A stretch of 64,000 nt of DNA from Bacteroidales bacterium (GTDB taxonomy: Bacteria; Bacteroidota; Bacteroidia; Bacteroidales; UBA12077). The stretch spans positions 27,286 through 91,285 of the forward strand of contig DMBU01000068.1 of NCBI GenBank assembly GCA_003446015.1. Direction: 5' to 3'. The translations under genes and the position numbers were made by a program. Under the pieces are notes generated by a model. The model saw only the letters and a program-made list of their open reading frames with translations, was not told the DNA's origin and made no database searches. The first letter of the stretch is position 1. Each line of letters starts with the position of its first letter. Positions 35,534 to 46,236 of the stretch are shown one piece after another.

Positions 35534-36241
35534 TTATAATTTAGAATTCAATATTTCAAGAGTAGGAATTTTATAGCTTCTGCCTATAGGAATTTTTTTA
35601 TTATTAATCTCAACATAAGATGCTGTAAAAGCTTTTACGTTATTTCTGTTTATAATGAATGATTTATGAGTTCTAATAAAAATTTCTTTATTTAATTGTT
35701 CAAAAAATTTAATTAAACTCATCTTTGTAACAATATTTTCGCTTGGTGTAATAATTTTTATATATTCTCGCATCCCCTCAATATATAATATCTCAGAGGG
35801 TTTTATTCGATAGGTTTTGTTACTATCTTTTATTAAGATGTCATTTTTACTATCATATTGAGGTTTCTCTTTGTAATTTGATATCATATTAGAATCGAGA
35901 TATTTGTTAATGGCTTTAAAAAATCGATCTAAAGTAATTGGTTTGAGTATAAAATCTATGACATCTAAATCAAAACCATCAATAGCGAATTCTTTATATG
36001 CTGATGTTATAATAACTTTTGGTTTTTTTGTTAATGATTTAAGAAAGTCAATTCCATTAATTTCTGGCATTTGAATATCCAAAAATAGTAAATCAATTTG
36101 ATTGTTTTGTATTGCAAATGATGCTTCAATTGCATTTTCACATTCTGCCACTATTTCAAATTGTTTGAAATGACTAAGATGATTTTTAATTAGCTTTCTT
36201 GCCAAAGGCTCGTCATCAATAATTACGCACTTTACCTTCAT
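35534..36241 (-). CDS. LytR/AlgR-family response regulator (receiver + LytTR)
   Basis: Receiver domain (VIIDDEP...LFLDIQMP) plus C-terminal LytTR (FIRTHKSFIINRNNV). Confidence 0.9.
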   Translation of the reverse strand: MKVKCVIIDDEPLARKLIKNHLSHFKQFEIVAECENAIEASFAIQNNQIDLLFLDIQMPEINGIDFLKSLTKKPKVIITSAYKEFAIDGFDLDVIDFILKPITLDRFFKAINKYLDSNMISNYKEKPQYDSKNDILIKDSNKTYRIKPSEILYIEGMREYIKIITPSENIVTKMSLIKFFEQLNKEIFIRTHKSFIINRNNVKAFTASYVEINNKKIPIGRSYKIPTLEILNSKL

Positions 36242-37289
36242 TATCTAATATTTTATGATGCAGTGAAACTTCAAAAGAATCTTTAAGATCATTAATGGCC
36301 AACTTATAATTTTCTTTTCCAAGTAAAAGATCAAGTCTTTTAACAGCATTTTTTAAACCAATACCATTAGAATATTTTAGAGGATCAGGTTGTAAAGTTT
36401 TGTTTTTCCCATTTTTAATATTGAAAATAACTTCGTCTTTTGTAATTTCTAATTTTAATTTAAGCCACTTGTTTTTTGTTAATTTACTTGTCCCATGTTT
36501 AAAAGCATTTTCAACAAAAGTAAAATACAAAAGTGGAATAACATAAATAATTTCATGGTGTTCAGGGAACGAAATTTCTATATCCAAATTCGAATAACGA
36601 AGTTTCTCTAATTCAATATAGTTATTAATTATCCTGATTTCTTTATTTAAGGATGTGAACTTATCTTTACATTCATAAATTGAGTATCTAAGTAATTCAG
36701 ATAACTTTTCTATTGAGTCAGAAACTTGTTTGTTATTTGCTTCGATAGATAAAGTATAAATATTATTTAAGGTATTAAATAAAAAATGAGGATGAATTTG
36801 GCTTTTTAACATGTTTAATTCAGCTTCGGCTACTTTTGTTTTTAACTTTTCTTTTTCAAAATAACCTTCAATATAGTTTTTTAAATACTTTAATGATATA
36901 AAAATAAATACCTGAGATTGAGTCATTACAATTACTCTATACATATGATTTAGTCTTAGATAATATGTTTCATATGTTGGAATGTAATTAGGTGAAAATA
37001 ATGGAAGGAAAACAAATCTGTTAATTAGAACATCACTATATGCTAAACTAATAATTACAATAATATATGAAACAAAAAAGAAAAAATATTTTTTCTTTTT
37101 TATTAAAAGTACAGGAATTAAATAATAAACAATAAAATACAGCCCTACAATAAAAACTGGTAATACACAAAGAGTTGAAAGTAAGTTATCAATGTAATGT
37201 TTAGAAAAAGCATTAAGAAACCAAACTGGATAAAGAAAAAGAAGTGCCAGCCAGAAAGACACATGATTAATTATTCGCTTATAATTCAT
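36216..37289 (-). CDS. LytS-type sensor histidine kinase (His_kinase family)
   Basis: Polytopic N-terminus. H-box QIHPHFLFNTLNNI. C-terminal ATPase (NGIGLKN). Confidence 0.85.
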   Translation of the reverse strand: MNYKRIINHVSFWLALLFLYPVWFLNAFSKHYIDNLLSTLCVLPVFIVGLYFIVYYLIPVLLIKKKKYFFFFVSYIIVIISLAYSDVLINRFVFLPLFSPNYIPTYETYYLRLNHMYRVIVMTQSQVFIFISLKYLKNYIEGYFEKEKLKTKVAEAELNMLKSQIHPHFLFNTLNNIYTLSIEANNKQVSDSIEKLSELLRYSIYECKDKFTSLNKEIRIINNYIELEKLRYSNLDIEISFPEHHEIIYVIPLLYFTFVENAFKHGTSKLTKNKWLKLKLEITKDEVIFNIKNGKNKTLQPDPLKYSNGIGLKNAVKRLDLLLGKENYKLAINDLKDSFEVSLHHKILDNEGKVRNY

Positions 37290-37723
37290 ATATAAGATTT
37301 GTAACTACAAAGATATGTAATATACGGCTTTTTTCAAGTATGAGTTAATGTAATGCGGCTAGAATCCTACAAGACACATTATAAAGTCAACAAATAACCT
37401 TTTAAAAATAACAAACAGCAAAAAATGAATGTTTTTATTAAAATCATTCGCTTAAAAGCTTCCAAACTAAGTGAATAAATGCAATTTAATGTAAAAATAA
37501 TGTAGTTGTTATTACAAATTCCTTCGATAATTGAATTTCTTTTTTTCTGTTATTTACTAGCGATACTTTAGCTAAAACTTCTTTAAAGGTTTGTATGTCG
37601 AGCAATAGGGTAAGATTTTAGGTTCATAAATAGTTTAAATATTCATCAAAGACTCATTACTCATAGACATACTGCCTTTATTTTAGTTTTAACCTTAAAA
37701 TTAATAACTTAAAAATTTAATCT

Positions 37724-40700
37724 ATGAAAAAATTAACAATTCTTCTTGCATTCTTGTCGTTACTGGCCTTTCAGGCTGCGGCACAAATGCAAATTACAGG
37801 TACAGTTAAAGGTGCAGAAGATGGAATGCCAATTCCTGGAGTATCAATTGTTGCCAAGGATAATATGACAATTGGAACTGTGACAGATAATGAAGGAAAG
37901 TATTCCTTAACAGTAACAAGTAGCACTGAAGTAATTATTTTTAGTTTCGTTGGTATGAAAACCCAGGAAGTACCAATACAAGGAAGATCAGTTATTGACA
38001 TAACTATGGAAGAAGAAAGCTTGCAGTTGGCAGAGATTGTAGTAACTGGAGTTGGAGCAGCAACTGATAAAAGACGCATTGGTATTGCCGTAGAGTCAGT
38101 GAATTCTGATGAACTAGCCGAAACATCTATTGCTTCAATTGATAACGCAATTGCTGGTAAAATTCCAGGAGCATTGGTTCAATCTGTAACCGGACAACCT
38201 GGTCAACAGCAAAGTATAACCTTGCGAGGTATAAATTCTTTGACATCAAAAAACCCAATGATTTTGATTGATGGTGTTGAAATTAATACAGATAACAACC
38301 AAAATGGGTCAACAAGTAACTTTTCTAGTCGTTTTGCTGATATTGATTTATCAAACGTTGATAAAATAGAGGTTGTACAGGGTGCTGCTGCAGCTACTAT
38401 TTATGGTGCTCAGGGAGCAAATGGTGTAATCCAGATCTTTACCAAAAAAGGTGCTGCTGGAAAAACCAAGATTTCTTTGAGTTCTAATATGAGTGTTGAT
38501 CAAATGCTTCTTAACGATTTTAAACTTGCAGATCATCATTATTTTGAGACCAATGCACAAGGATATATTATGTCAAGTGCTACTGATCAACTAAGCCGAG
38601 ATCCAACTACCGGAATTTGGACAACTCCATTAGGAAGTATTGATGGTACAACAAAAGTTGATAAACCTTATATGGAAGAAACTTTTGATAACCTAGATGC
38701 AGCATTTAAAGATCATGCAGTGACACAACATTATAATGTAACTGCATCAGGAGGAAAGGATAAATTTACTTTTCTAGCATCAGCGTCAAACTTAAATCAA
38801 CAAAGTATCATAAATGGTGAATTGAAAAAGACAAACTTAAATTTAAATTTAGGATTTGATTTAACTGAAAAAATCACTTTGAACTTAAGATCAGGTTTAA
38901 TTTTAGGTAATAATACCACTGGAGGTATAACTGGTATTGATAATAGATACAGTCCATTGTCTAATGCTATTAATACTCCTCAATACATTGATATTACATC
39001 AAGAGATTCATATGGTAATTATGTTGCAAATCCAAACGGTGCAGGAAACGAAATTCAGCCATTATTTGCTTTTGAATATCAAGACTATTATTCTGACTTG
39101 GTAAGGGTAATGGAAAATTTTAGTCTTGATTACGACATTAATAAATATTTGAAAGCTGATATTAAATATGGTTACGATTCATATACAAACAAATTTCAAA
39201 ATATAATCAGAAACCAGGAAGATTTATTATCAAATGGTTTGGTTGAAGCATCAGGACAATATACAGAAACATTTTATGAAGGTAAAACCCAGAATTTAAT
39301 TGCATCAGGATATTTAAATGTCGATTTTGCTAAAGATCTTGGAATGACAATACCTTTAAAATCTGCTACAATGGTAAAATGGGACTGGCGTCAACAAGAT
39401 TATTCTAGAACCATAATTACTGGAACTGGATTACCCGCTTATGAATATTATACTATTGAAAGTGCATCTTCTGTAAGTTTAGATACTTATGAAGATATCT
39501 TTAGAACATACGGTTTCTTGCTTAACGAGAAATTAGATTATGGCGAATTGTTAGGAGTTTCATTTGGTGCCCGAATTGACTGGTCATCTGCATTTGGTGA
39601 AGGATCAGATCCATTTATATTCCCAAGGGGTGACTTCTATATGAGATTATCGGAGCTAGGTATAATGAAACAAGTGAAGAAGCTTATACCTGAATGGAAA
39701 ATAAGAGCAGCTTATGGTCAGGCAGGTATTCAGCCAGGTCCTTTCGATCGTATAGTTACTTTAGAAACCACTCAAATTGGAACTGGACTTGTTGCATTAA
39801 GTTCGCAAAGTGCCTTAACAAACCCAAAATTAGCTGTTCAGGTTTCTAAAGAAATGGAATTTGGAACCGATATCGTATTTACTCCAAGTACTAACTTCTT
39901 TAATTACTTTAAATTAAGTGCAACTTATTGGGATAGAACAAGTGAAGATGTAATTTGGGATATTGATGTTGCTGCATCATCAGGTGCTTTAACATTAAAA
40001 GATAATGCATTTACATTAGCTTCTAATGGTTTCCAGTTTGGTCTTGATGTAAATGTTTATCAGGGTAAAGATTTCTCCTATTCAACTACTGTAAATTTTA
40101 ATAATGCAAGAACAGTTATTGATAAAATTTCAAATGGTTTAGATATTGCTGTAGGTAATAATTTTGTTTTGAAAGAAGGATATGCATTAGGAACTTTCTT
40201 TGGAACCAAACCGCTTACAAGTATAGATCAGCTTGATTCTGAAGGTAACCGTATTATTGATCCTGCTGATGAAGCTAATTACTCTATTTCCAGCACAGGA
40301 TATGTTGTTGATAACGCTTCAAAGGCGGTAGTTTTTGATGGTGAACAACAAGTAATTGGAGATCCAACTCCTGATTTTAACTTGTCATGGATAAATAATT
40401 TCAAAGTAGGGAAATTTTTAAATTTTGGATTTCAGATTGACTGGATAAAGGGAGGAGATATCTATAATCAAACAAAACAGTGGCAATATAGAGATATGAT
40501 TCACGATGATGTTGACAATCCTGTAACCATTAACGGAGAAACTGGAGCTTGGGCGAACTATTATCAAAGTTTATATTCTACAAACGATCCTAATGGAGCT
40601 TTTGTTGAAGATGGATCATATATTAGGTTAAGAGATGTAAGTGTTACTATTAAACTTCAAGAAGTTCTTAAACTAAAATTCTTAGACGCGATTGATCTTA

Positions 40701-40858
40701 CCCTTTCTGGAAGGAATTTATTAACAATTACTAATTATTCTGGGATGGATCCTGAAGCAGCTTCAGTAAGTAATGCGGATACATATACAAGAGGTCTTGA
40801 TCAATATGCATTTCCAAACTTCAAATCGTTTAATGCTGCATTAAAAATTAATTTTTAA
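37724..40858 (+). CDS. SusC/RagA-family TonB-dependent outer membrane receptor
   Basis: Signal peptide, carboxypeptidase-regulatory-like N-domain (ITGTVKGAEDGMPIPGVSIV), plug, large barrel and a C-terminal F. Confidence 0.9.
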   Translation: MKKLTILLAFLSLLAFQAAAQMQITGTVKGAEDGMPIPGVSIVAKDNMTIGTVTDNEGKYSLTVTSSTEVIIFSFVGMKTQEVPIQGRSVIDITMEEESLQLAEIVVTGVGAATDKRRIGIAVESVNSDELAETSIASIDNAIAGKIPGALVQSVTGQPGQQQSITLRGINSLTSKNPMILIDGVEINTDNNQNGSTSNFSSRFADIDLSNVDKIEVVQGAAAATIYGAQGANGVIQIFTKKGAAGKTKISLSSNMSVDQMLLNDFKLADHHYFETNAQGYIMSSATDQLSRDPTTGIWTTPLGSIDGTTKVDKPYMEETFDNLDAAFKDHAVTQHYNVTASGGKDKFTFLASASNLNQQSIINGELKKTNLNLNLGFDLTEKITLNLRSGLILGNNTTGGITGIDNRYSPLSNAINTPQYIDITSRDSYGNYVANPNGAGNEIQPLFAFEYQDYYSDLVRVMENFSLDYDINKYLKADIKYGYDSYTNKFQNIIRNQEDLLSNGLVEASGQYTETFYEGKTQNLIASGYLNVDFAKDLGMTIPLKSATMVKWDWRQQDYSRTIITGTGLPAYEYYTIESASSVSLDTYEDIFRTYGFLLNEKLDYGELLGVSFGARIDWSSAFGEGSDPFIFPRGDFYMRLSELGIMKQVKKLIPEWKIRAAYGQAGIQPGPFDRIVTLETTQIGTGLVALSSQSALTNPKLAVQVSKEMEFGTDIVFTPSTNFFNYFKLSATYWDRTSEDVIWDIDVAASSGALTLKDNAFTLASNGFQFGLDVNVYQGKDFSYSTTVNFNNARTVIDKISNGLDIAVGNNFVLKEGYALGTFFGTKPLTSIDQLDSEGNRIIDPADEANYSISSTGYVVDNASKAVVFDGEQQVIGDPTPDFNLSWINNFKVGKFLNFGFQIDWIKGGDIYNQTKQWQYRDMIHDDVDNPVTINGETGAWANYYQSLYSTNDPNGAFVEDGSYIRLRDVSVTIKLQEVLKLKFLDAIDLTLSGRNLLTITNYSGMDPEAASVSNADTYTRGLDQYAFPNFKSFNAALKINF

Positions 40859-40877
40859 TATCTTAAAATAACATACT

Positions 40878-42446
40878 ATGAAAAAGATAATATATTTAAT
40901 ACTATTTGTTATTTCTCAGGTATTCTTCTTTGCATGTAAAGATGGAATGGACTTAGAAGTAATTAACAAGAATGAACCTACTTTAATTACTCTTGAAACT
41001 GAAAATGGAGTAATGGGTGCTGCTTTAGGAATTCATTGGCCATCTGACTATTGGAGATTTTGGTGGACAGTGCAAGGCTTTCATGAAATTATGGGCGATA
41101 ATACTTATGTAGCGTGGGGTAATTATTCATGGCGTTGGGCTCAACAAAATACTTGGATTGACCTTGATGATGGAACAAGAGTTGCAGGAGGATCACAAGA
41201 AGAAGAGCTAACTAGTAGAAATACTAGGGGACAACAGTGGGATAATCCATTTCGTCCAGAATGGCAAGTTATGTATTATATGAATAATCAGGCAAATATG
41301 ATACTTGATAAGCTTGAAACTACTGAATTTTCAGGCGATGCTGAAACTAAAAGAAGCACACTTAAAGCTTGGTGTTTATGGAATAAAGCTTTTGCTTATT
41401 CTAGGATTGGATCAATTTATAAATATGGTTTAATTGCTAATGAATATGGAGTTCTTAGCGATAATTATGTTGATCACGATGGTATGATTGTAGAAGCAAA
41501 TAGATTATTTGATGAAGCAATTGTAATTCTTCAAGGATTGACCGATGGAGGTGCATATACATCAACACTTGGTAATTGCGTGCCATCTTATTGGCATGAT
41601 GGAGGACTTCCTTCACCTCAAGAGTGGATAAGGTCCATTAATTCCTATAAGGCAAGAAATTTACTCGTGAATACTAGGGTAGCTGATATGACTCCTGCAG
41701 ATTGGAATACAGTTCAAACTTTAGCAGATGCTGGAATTCAAGAAGGTGACGCATATTTTTATGTTTCAGATGATCCTGATTTATTAGCGGGATCTACAAT
41801 GGCTGCTGAATTTGAATATGGATGGATGTTTGTAAGTGAAAGAATGGTACAGGATTTTAAACCTGGTGATGATCGATTTACAAGGAACTTTGTACAAACT
41901 GTAGCTGAGATTAATGTACGAAGCAGGGGAATTCAATTTGGTAGTGAGTGGGCCTTAGTTTCTGATGGTGATTATTCTACCTTAGAATTTGGATTAATCA
42001 AATATGCAGTTGGAGTTAGTTATGAAGAAAATGAATTGATGCTTGCCGAAGCTAAAATTAATAGTGGTGATATTGATGGTGGACTTGCTCATATTGACGC
42101 TGTAAGACAATATCAAAATGCTCAGTTAGCTGATGTCGCAAATACAGGTTTAACACTTGCTCAAGCAAAAGAAGAGCTAAGAAGAGAAAGAAGAATAGGC
42201 TTATATACAAGAGGTTTGGCATTTTATGATGCCAGACGTTGGGGAGTAATTGACGATGTATCTGCTGGCGGTGGAAGAACTGGATGTTGGGTATGGGCTG
42301 ATGATGGTACAAAAAATACAAATGCTACATTTAATTATAATTATATGTCGTACTGGGATGTGCCAGCTAATGAAACTGATTTTAATCCTATAACTGGGGT
42401 TGTAGCTTCGGATATTACAAGTTCAAAGGATTCAAATATTAAGTAA
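40878..42446 (+). CDS. SusD/RagB-family nutrient-binding outer membrane lipoprotein
   Basis: Lipobox FFFAC. Lies immediately after SusC. TPR-like helical composition and RRERRIGLYTRGLAFYDARRW block. Confidence 0.85.
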   Translation: MKKIIYLILFVISQVFFFACKDGMDLEVINKNEPTLITLETENGVMGAALGIHWPSDYWRFWWTVQGFHEIMGDNTYVAWGNYSWRWAQQNTWIDLDDGTRVAGGSQEEELTSRNTRGQQWDNPFRPEWQVMYYMNNQANMILDKLETTEFSGDAETKRSTLKAWCLWNKAFAYSRIGSIYKYGLIANEYGVLSDNYVDHDGMIVEANRLFDEAIVILQGLTDGGAYTSTLGNCVPSYWHDGGLPSPQEWIRSINSYKARNLLVNTRVADMTPADWNTVQTLADAGIQEGDAYFYVSDDPDLLAGSTMAAEFEYGWMFVSERMVQDFKPGDDRFTRNFVQTVAEINVRSRGIQFGSEWALVSDGDYSTLEFGLIKYAVGVSYEENELMLAEAKINSGDIDGGLAHIDAVRQYQNAQLADVANTGLTLAQAKEELRRERRIGLYTRGLAFYDARRWGVIDDVSAGGGRTGCWVWADDGTKNTNATFNYNYMSYWDVPANETDFNPITGVVASDITSSKDSNIK

Positions 42447-42470
42447 ATAAAACTAAAAAATAAAAATGAA

Positions 42471-42504
42471 ATAAGCTGTCTGATTTTAGGCAGCTTATTT
42501 TTTA
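42471..42504. terminator. Bidirectional terminator between susD-like and rpe
   Basis: ATAAGCTGTC / GGCAGCTTAT stem followed by a T-run. Confidence 0.7.
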
Positions 42505-42512
42505 TCAAGAAA

Positions 42513-43169
42513 TTATTTGGAAATATTTTTTAATTTTTGAATTGTATTGATTTGATTATCAGAACTGAAAATATAATTGCCAACAACCAATACATCACAT
42601 CCTGCATCAATCAGAATTTTAGCATTTGAATTATCAACTCCGCCATCAATCTCAATTAATGAATTAGAATTTTTTTCAAGGATAAGTTTTTTTAATTCTT
42701 TGATTTTTTCAATTGAGTTTGGAATAAACTTTTGACCTCCAAAGCCCGGATTAACAGACATAATCAATACCAGGTCAACATCGGCAATTATATCTTTTAA
42801 AAGGTGAACAGGTGTATGTGGATTTAAACTTACTCCGGCTTTCATCCCTTTCGATTTAATATTCTGAACGGTACGATGCAAATGATTACATGCTTCAAAA
42901 TGCACAGTTAAAATATCAGCACCGGCTTTATAAAAGTCTTCAATATATCTGTCTGGATCAACAATCATTAAATGAACATCTAATGGTTTTTTAGCATGTT
43001 TTTTAATGTATTTAATTACCGGAAATCCAAAGGAAATGTTTGGAACAAACACTCCATCCATAATATCCAGATGAAACCAATCAGCTTCACTTTTGTTAAT
43101 CATCTCAATATCGCGCTGAAGATTTCCAAAATCTGCTGATAATAAAGAAGGTGAAATTAAATGTGCCAT
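42513..43169 (-). CDS. rpe: Ribulose-phosphate 3-epimerase
   Basis: HLDIMDG, MSVNPGFGGQKF and DGGV motifs. Confidence 0.95.
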   Translation of the reverse strand: MAHLISPSLLSADFGNLQRDIEMINKSEADWFHLDIMDGVFVPNISFGFPVIKYIKKHAKKPLDVHLMIVDPDRYIEDFYKAGADILTVHFEACNHLHRTVQNIKSKGMKAGVSLNPHTPVHLLKDIIADVDLVLIMSVNPGFGGQKFIPNSIEKIKELKKLILEKNSNSLIEIDGGVDNSNAKILIDAGCDVLVVGNYIFSSDNQINTIQKLKNISK

Positions 43170-43236
43170 TCTTATTGCTTGTTATTTAAACTGTAAAAAT
43201 AAATAAAAAAAGGAAACCGAGAGGCTTCCTTTAAAA

Positions 43237-44100
43237 TTATCCTAGATAGGTTTTTAATATTTTGCTGCGTGTTGTATGTTTTAATCTTTTTATTGCCTTT
43301 TCCTTTATTTGCCTTACTCTTTCGCGAGTTAAATTAAATTCTTCCCCAATTTCTTCAAGGGTGTAGGGATGTTTTCCGTTTAATCCAAAATATAAGCGAA
43401 TAATATTTGCTTCTCGTTCAGTTAAAGAAGATAGGGCTCTTTCAATTTCTTTTCTTAACGAATCGTTTAGTAAAGTTCCATCCGGACTGGGATTATCTTT
43501 GCTAAGAAGAACCTCGTACATATCACCATCTTCACCATCAGTAAGTGGTGCATCCATTGACACGTGGCGACCGGCACTTCTCATGGCCTCTTTAATATCA
43601 TTGGGGGCAAGTTCAATAGCATTGGAAATCTCTTCAACAGAGGGTTCTCGTTCAAACTTTTGCTCTAAATCCGATAAAGCTTTATTAATTTTATTTATCG
43701 ATCCAATTTTGTTTAAGGGTAAACGAACAATCCTGGCTTGTTCTGCAAGAGCCTGAAGAATAGATTGTCTGATCCACCATACCGCATACGAAATAAATTT
43801 AAAACCACGTGTTTCATCAAATCGTTTTGCTGCTTTTATTAATCCGAGATTTCCTTCATTAATAAGATCAGGTAAGCTTAATCCTTGATTTTGATATTGT
43901 TTTGAAACAGATACTACAAATCTTAAGTTCGCTTTTATTAGTCTTTCAAGTGCTTGATTGTCACCATTGCGAACCTTTCGGGCCAATTCAACTTCCTCTT
44001 CAGCCGATAAAAGATCAACTTTCCCTATTTCGTGAAGATACTTATCTAACGAGGCAGTTTCTCGATTAGTAACCTGCTTAATGATTTTTAACTGTCTCAT
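43237..44100 (-). CDS. rpoD: Primary RNA polymerase sigma factor (short Bacteroidota RpoD)
   Basis: Regions 2-4 are conserved ([41 protein letters not shown]). Confidence 0.9.
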   Translation of the reverse strand: MRQLKIIKQVTNRETASLDKYLHEIGKVDLLSAEEEVELARKVRNGDNQALERLIKANLRFVVSVSKQYQNQGLSLPDLINEGNLGLIKAAKRFDETRGFKFISYAVWWIRQSILQALAEQARIVRLPLNKIGSINKINKALSDLEQKFEREPSVEEISNAIELAPNDIKEAMRSAGRHVSMDAPLTDGEDGDMYEVLLSKDNPSPDGTLLNDSLRKEIERALSSLTEREANIIRLYFGLNGKHPYTLEEIGEEFNLTRERVRQIKEKAIKRLKHTTRSKILKTYLG

Positions 44101-44421
44101 TTTGGGGCCCCTGGACTGTTAGCTTAATTAATACGGTGTTTTCCTTATGATTGTTTCAATTGAGTTCAAATATGTAAATAAAAATCTTTACAATAAAATT
44201 TTTTATTACTAATTTTAAGTAATTATTGTGATTTATCAGATTTTTTTAAAAAAAACACGAACTTTTTTTGGTAATTCTAAGTAAATCTGTAATATTGCAT
44301 TGATTTTCCATAAAGGATAAATAATTCTCCTGCAGTAAAAATCAATCAGTTTACTTACTTATCAATGAAATATATTCAATAAATATTATTATATCATTTA
44401 ATTTCCTATATACATAAAACA

Positions 44422-46020
44422 ATGTACGACATTCTTGAATTGAATAAGAAGCTAGTTTCTGATTTAAGAGAAATAGCTAAAGAATTGCAAATTAAAAAAG
44501 TTGAGTCATTAAAAAAACAGGATTTGATCTACAAAATCCTTGACCAACAAGCAATAAATGCTACAACTGAAGTAAAAACAGAAAAAAAACCTATCATTCG
44601 AAAACGTATTCTGGATAAAACAAAACATTCGTTGAATTCTTCGCCAAAGACAGAATCTAAATCTCCCCATGATAGATTTGAAAGAGAAGAAAAAAGGGTG
44701 ATTCCTAAACCAATGAATGAAATTAAAGAAGAAAAAGCTGAAACTCACATTGAAGCTAGCACTGATGAGTTTAATACTAACCATGAGCAGAAAAATTCTT
44801 CTGAAAGAAGCGATACGTTTAAAAAGAAAACTCTCCACCGACCCGACAAAGAAAATTTTCATAAAAGACCACATGAAAAGCGAAATGATAAATCGTATGA
44901 GTTTGATGGGATAATTACAAATTCGGGAGTTTTAGAAATAATGCCCGATGGTTATGGATTTTTAAGATCTTCGGAATACAATTATTTAAATTCACCTGAT
45001 GATATTTATGTATCTCAATCGCAAATTAAATTGTTTGGTTTAAAAACCGGAGATACTGTTGAAGGCACAATTCGTCCTCCAAAAGAAGGAGAAAAATATT
45101 TCCCTTTAATTAAAGTTGAAAAAATAAATGGACGAAGTCCTGATTATATCCGCGATAGAGTTCCTTTCGACTATCTAACGCCATTGTTTCCGGAAGAAAA
45201 GTTTACTTTAAACAATAATCAGAATGATAAACTATCAACGCGTATTATTGATATGTTTACTCCCATCGGTAAAGGACAACGTGGATTAATTGTTGCTCAG
45301 CCAAAAACAGGTAAAACTGTATTACTAAAAGATATAGCTAATGCTATTGCTGCAAATCATCCGGAAGTATTCATGATCGTTCTTTTAATTGACGAAAGGC
45401 CTGAAGAAGTTACCGATATGGCACGAAGTGTAAATGCAGAAGTGATTTCATCAACATTTGATGAACCAGCTGAAAGACACGTTCGTGTTGCAAATATAGT
45501 TCTTGAAAAAGCAAAGAGATTGGTTGAGTGTGGCCATGATGTAGTTATTTTATTAGATTCAATAACCCGTTTAGCAAGAGCTTATAATACAGTTTCTCCA
45601 GCCTCTGGTAAAGTATTGTCAGGTGGTGTTGATGCAAATGCATTGCACAAGCCAAAACGTTTCTTTGGTGCTGCTCGAAATATTGAAGAAGGTGGTTCTT
45701 TAACTATAATTTCTACTGCATTAACCGAAACCGGTTCAAAAATGGACGAAGTTATTTTCGAAGAATTTAAAGGTACAGGAAATATGGAGCTTCAGCTTGA
45801 TCGTAAACTTTCCAATAAGCGAATTTACCCTGCTGTTGATATTACTGCTTCGAGTACACGTCGTGAAGATTTATTAATTGAACAAGGGATGTTACATAAG
45901 ATATGGATTTTACGTAACTATTTAACAGATATGAATTCAGTTGAAGCTATGGAATTTTTACGTGATCGATTAGTAAAAACAAAAACAAACGAAGAGTTCA
46001 TTATTTCGATGAATGACTAA
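44422..46020 (+). CDS. rho: Transcription termination factor Rho with lysine/glutamate-rich N-terminal insertion
   Basis: Rho N-terminal domain, CSD-like RNA-binding domain, Walker A AQPKTGKT and a conserved C-terminus. About 110 aa of low-complexity insertion. Confidence 0.95.
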   Translation: MYDILELNKKLVSDLREIAKELQIKKVESLKKQDLIYKILDQQAINATTEVKTEKKPIIRKRILDKTKHSLNSSPKTESKSPHDRFEREEKRVIPKPMNEIKEEKAETHIEASTDEFNTNHEQKNSSERSDTFKKKTLHRPDKENFHKRPHEKRNDKSYEFDGIITNSGVLEIMPDGYGFLRSSEYNYLNSPDDIYVSQSQIKLFGLKTGDTVEGTIRPPKEGEKYFPLIKVEKINGRSPDYIRDRVPFDYLTPLFPEEKFTLNNNQNDKLSTRIIDMFTPIGKGQRGLIVAQPKTGKTVLLKDIANAIAANHPEVFMIVLLIDERPEEVTDMARSVNAEVISSTFDEPAERHVRVANIVLEKAKRLVECGHDVVILLDSITRLARAYNTVSPASGKVLSGGVDANALHKPKRFFGAARNIEEGGSLTIISTALTETGSKMDEVIFEEFKGTGNMELQLDRKLSNKRIYPAVDITASSTRREDLLIEQGMLHKIWILRNYLTDMNSVEAMEFLRDRLVKTKTNEEFIISMND

Positions 46021-46043
46021 ATGTTTCACAACACATATTATTC

Positions 46044-46071
46044 AAAATGCGGATTTGTATCCGCATTTTTT
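46044..46071 (+). terminator. Rho-independent terminator after rho
   Basis: AAAATGCGGAT / ATCCGCATTTT stem with a 4-nt loop. Confidence 0.75.
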
Positions 46072-46236
46072 ATTTGTGTATTAGAGAGATAAGAAGTTAT
46101 TTGAAATTAAAATGAATAAGTCCTTCAGTAGTGGATTTTACATAATAAGAATATCATAAATAAGATTTTTGTTATATTTTTGTAGTTCCAAAAAATAAGT
46201 TAATTATCTTTTAATAAATAAATTAAGGAGTTAGAA

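Noticed and set aside
37771-38079. Antisense ORFs inside long genes (for example 37771..38079, 38351..38560, 42058..42321, 47947..48345, 48367..48582, 44509..44874, 62223..62561, 62574..63056, 61141..61386, 52683..52967)
   Set aside because: They are fully embedded opposite well-supported conserved CDSs and have low-complexity or hydrophobic shadow-frame composition with no motifs. They are typical frame shadows in AT-rich DNA.
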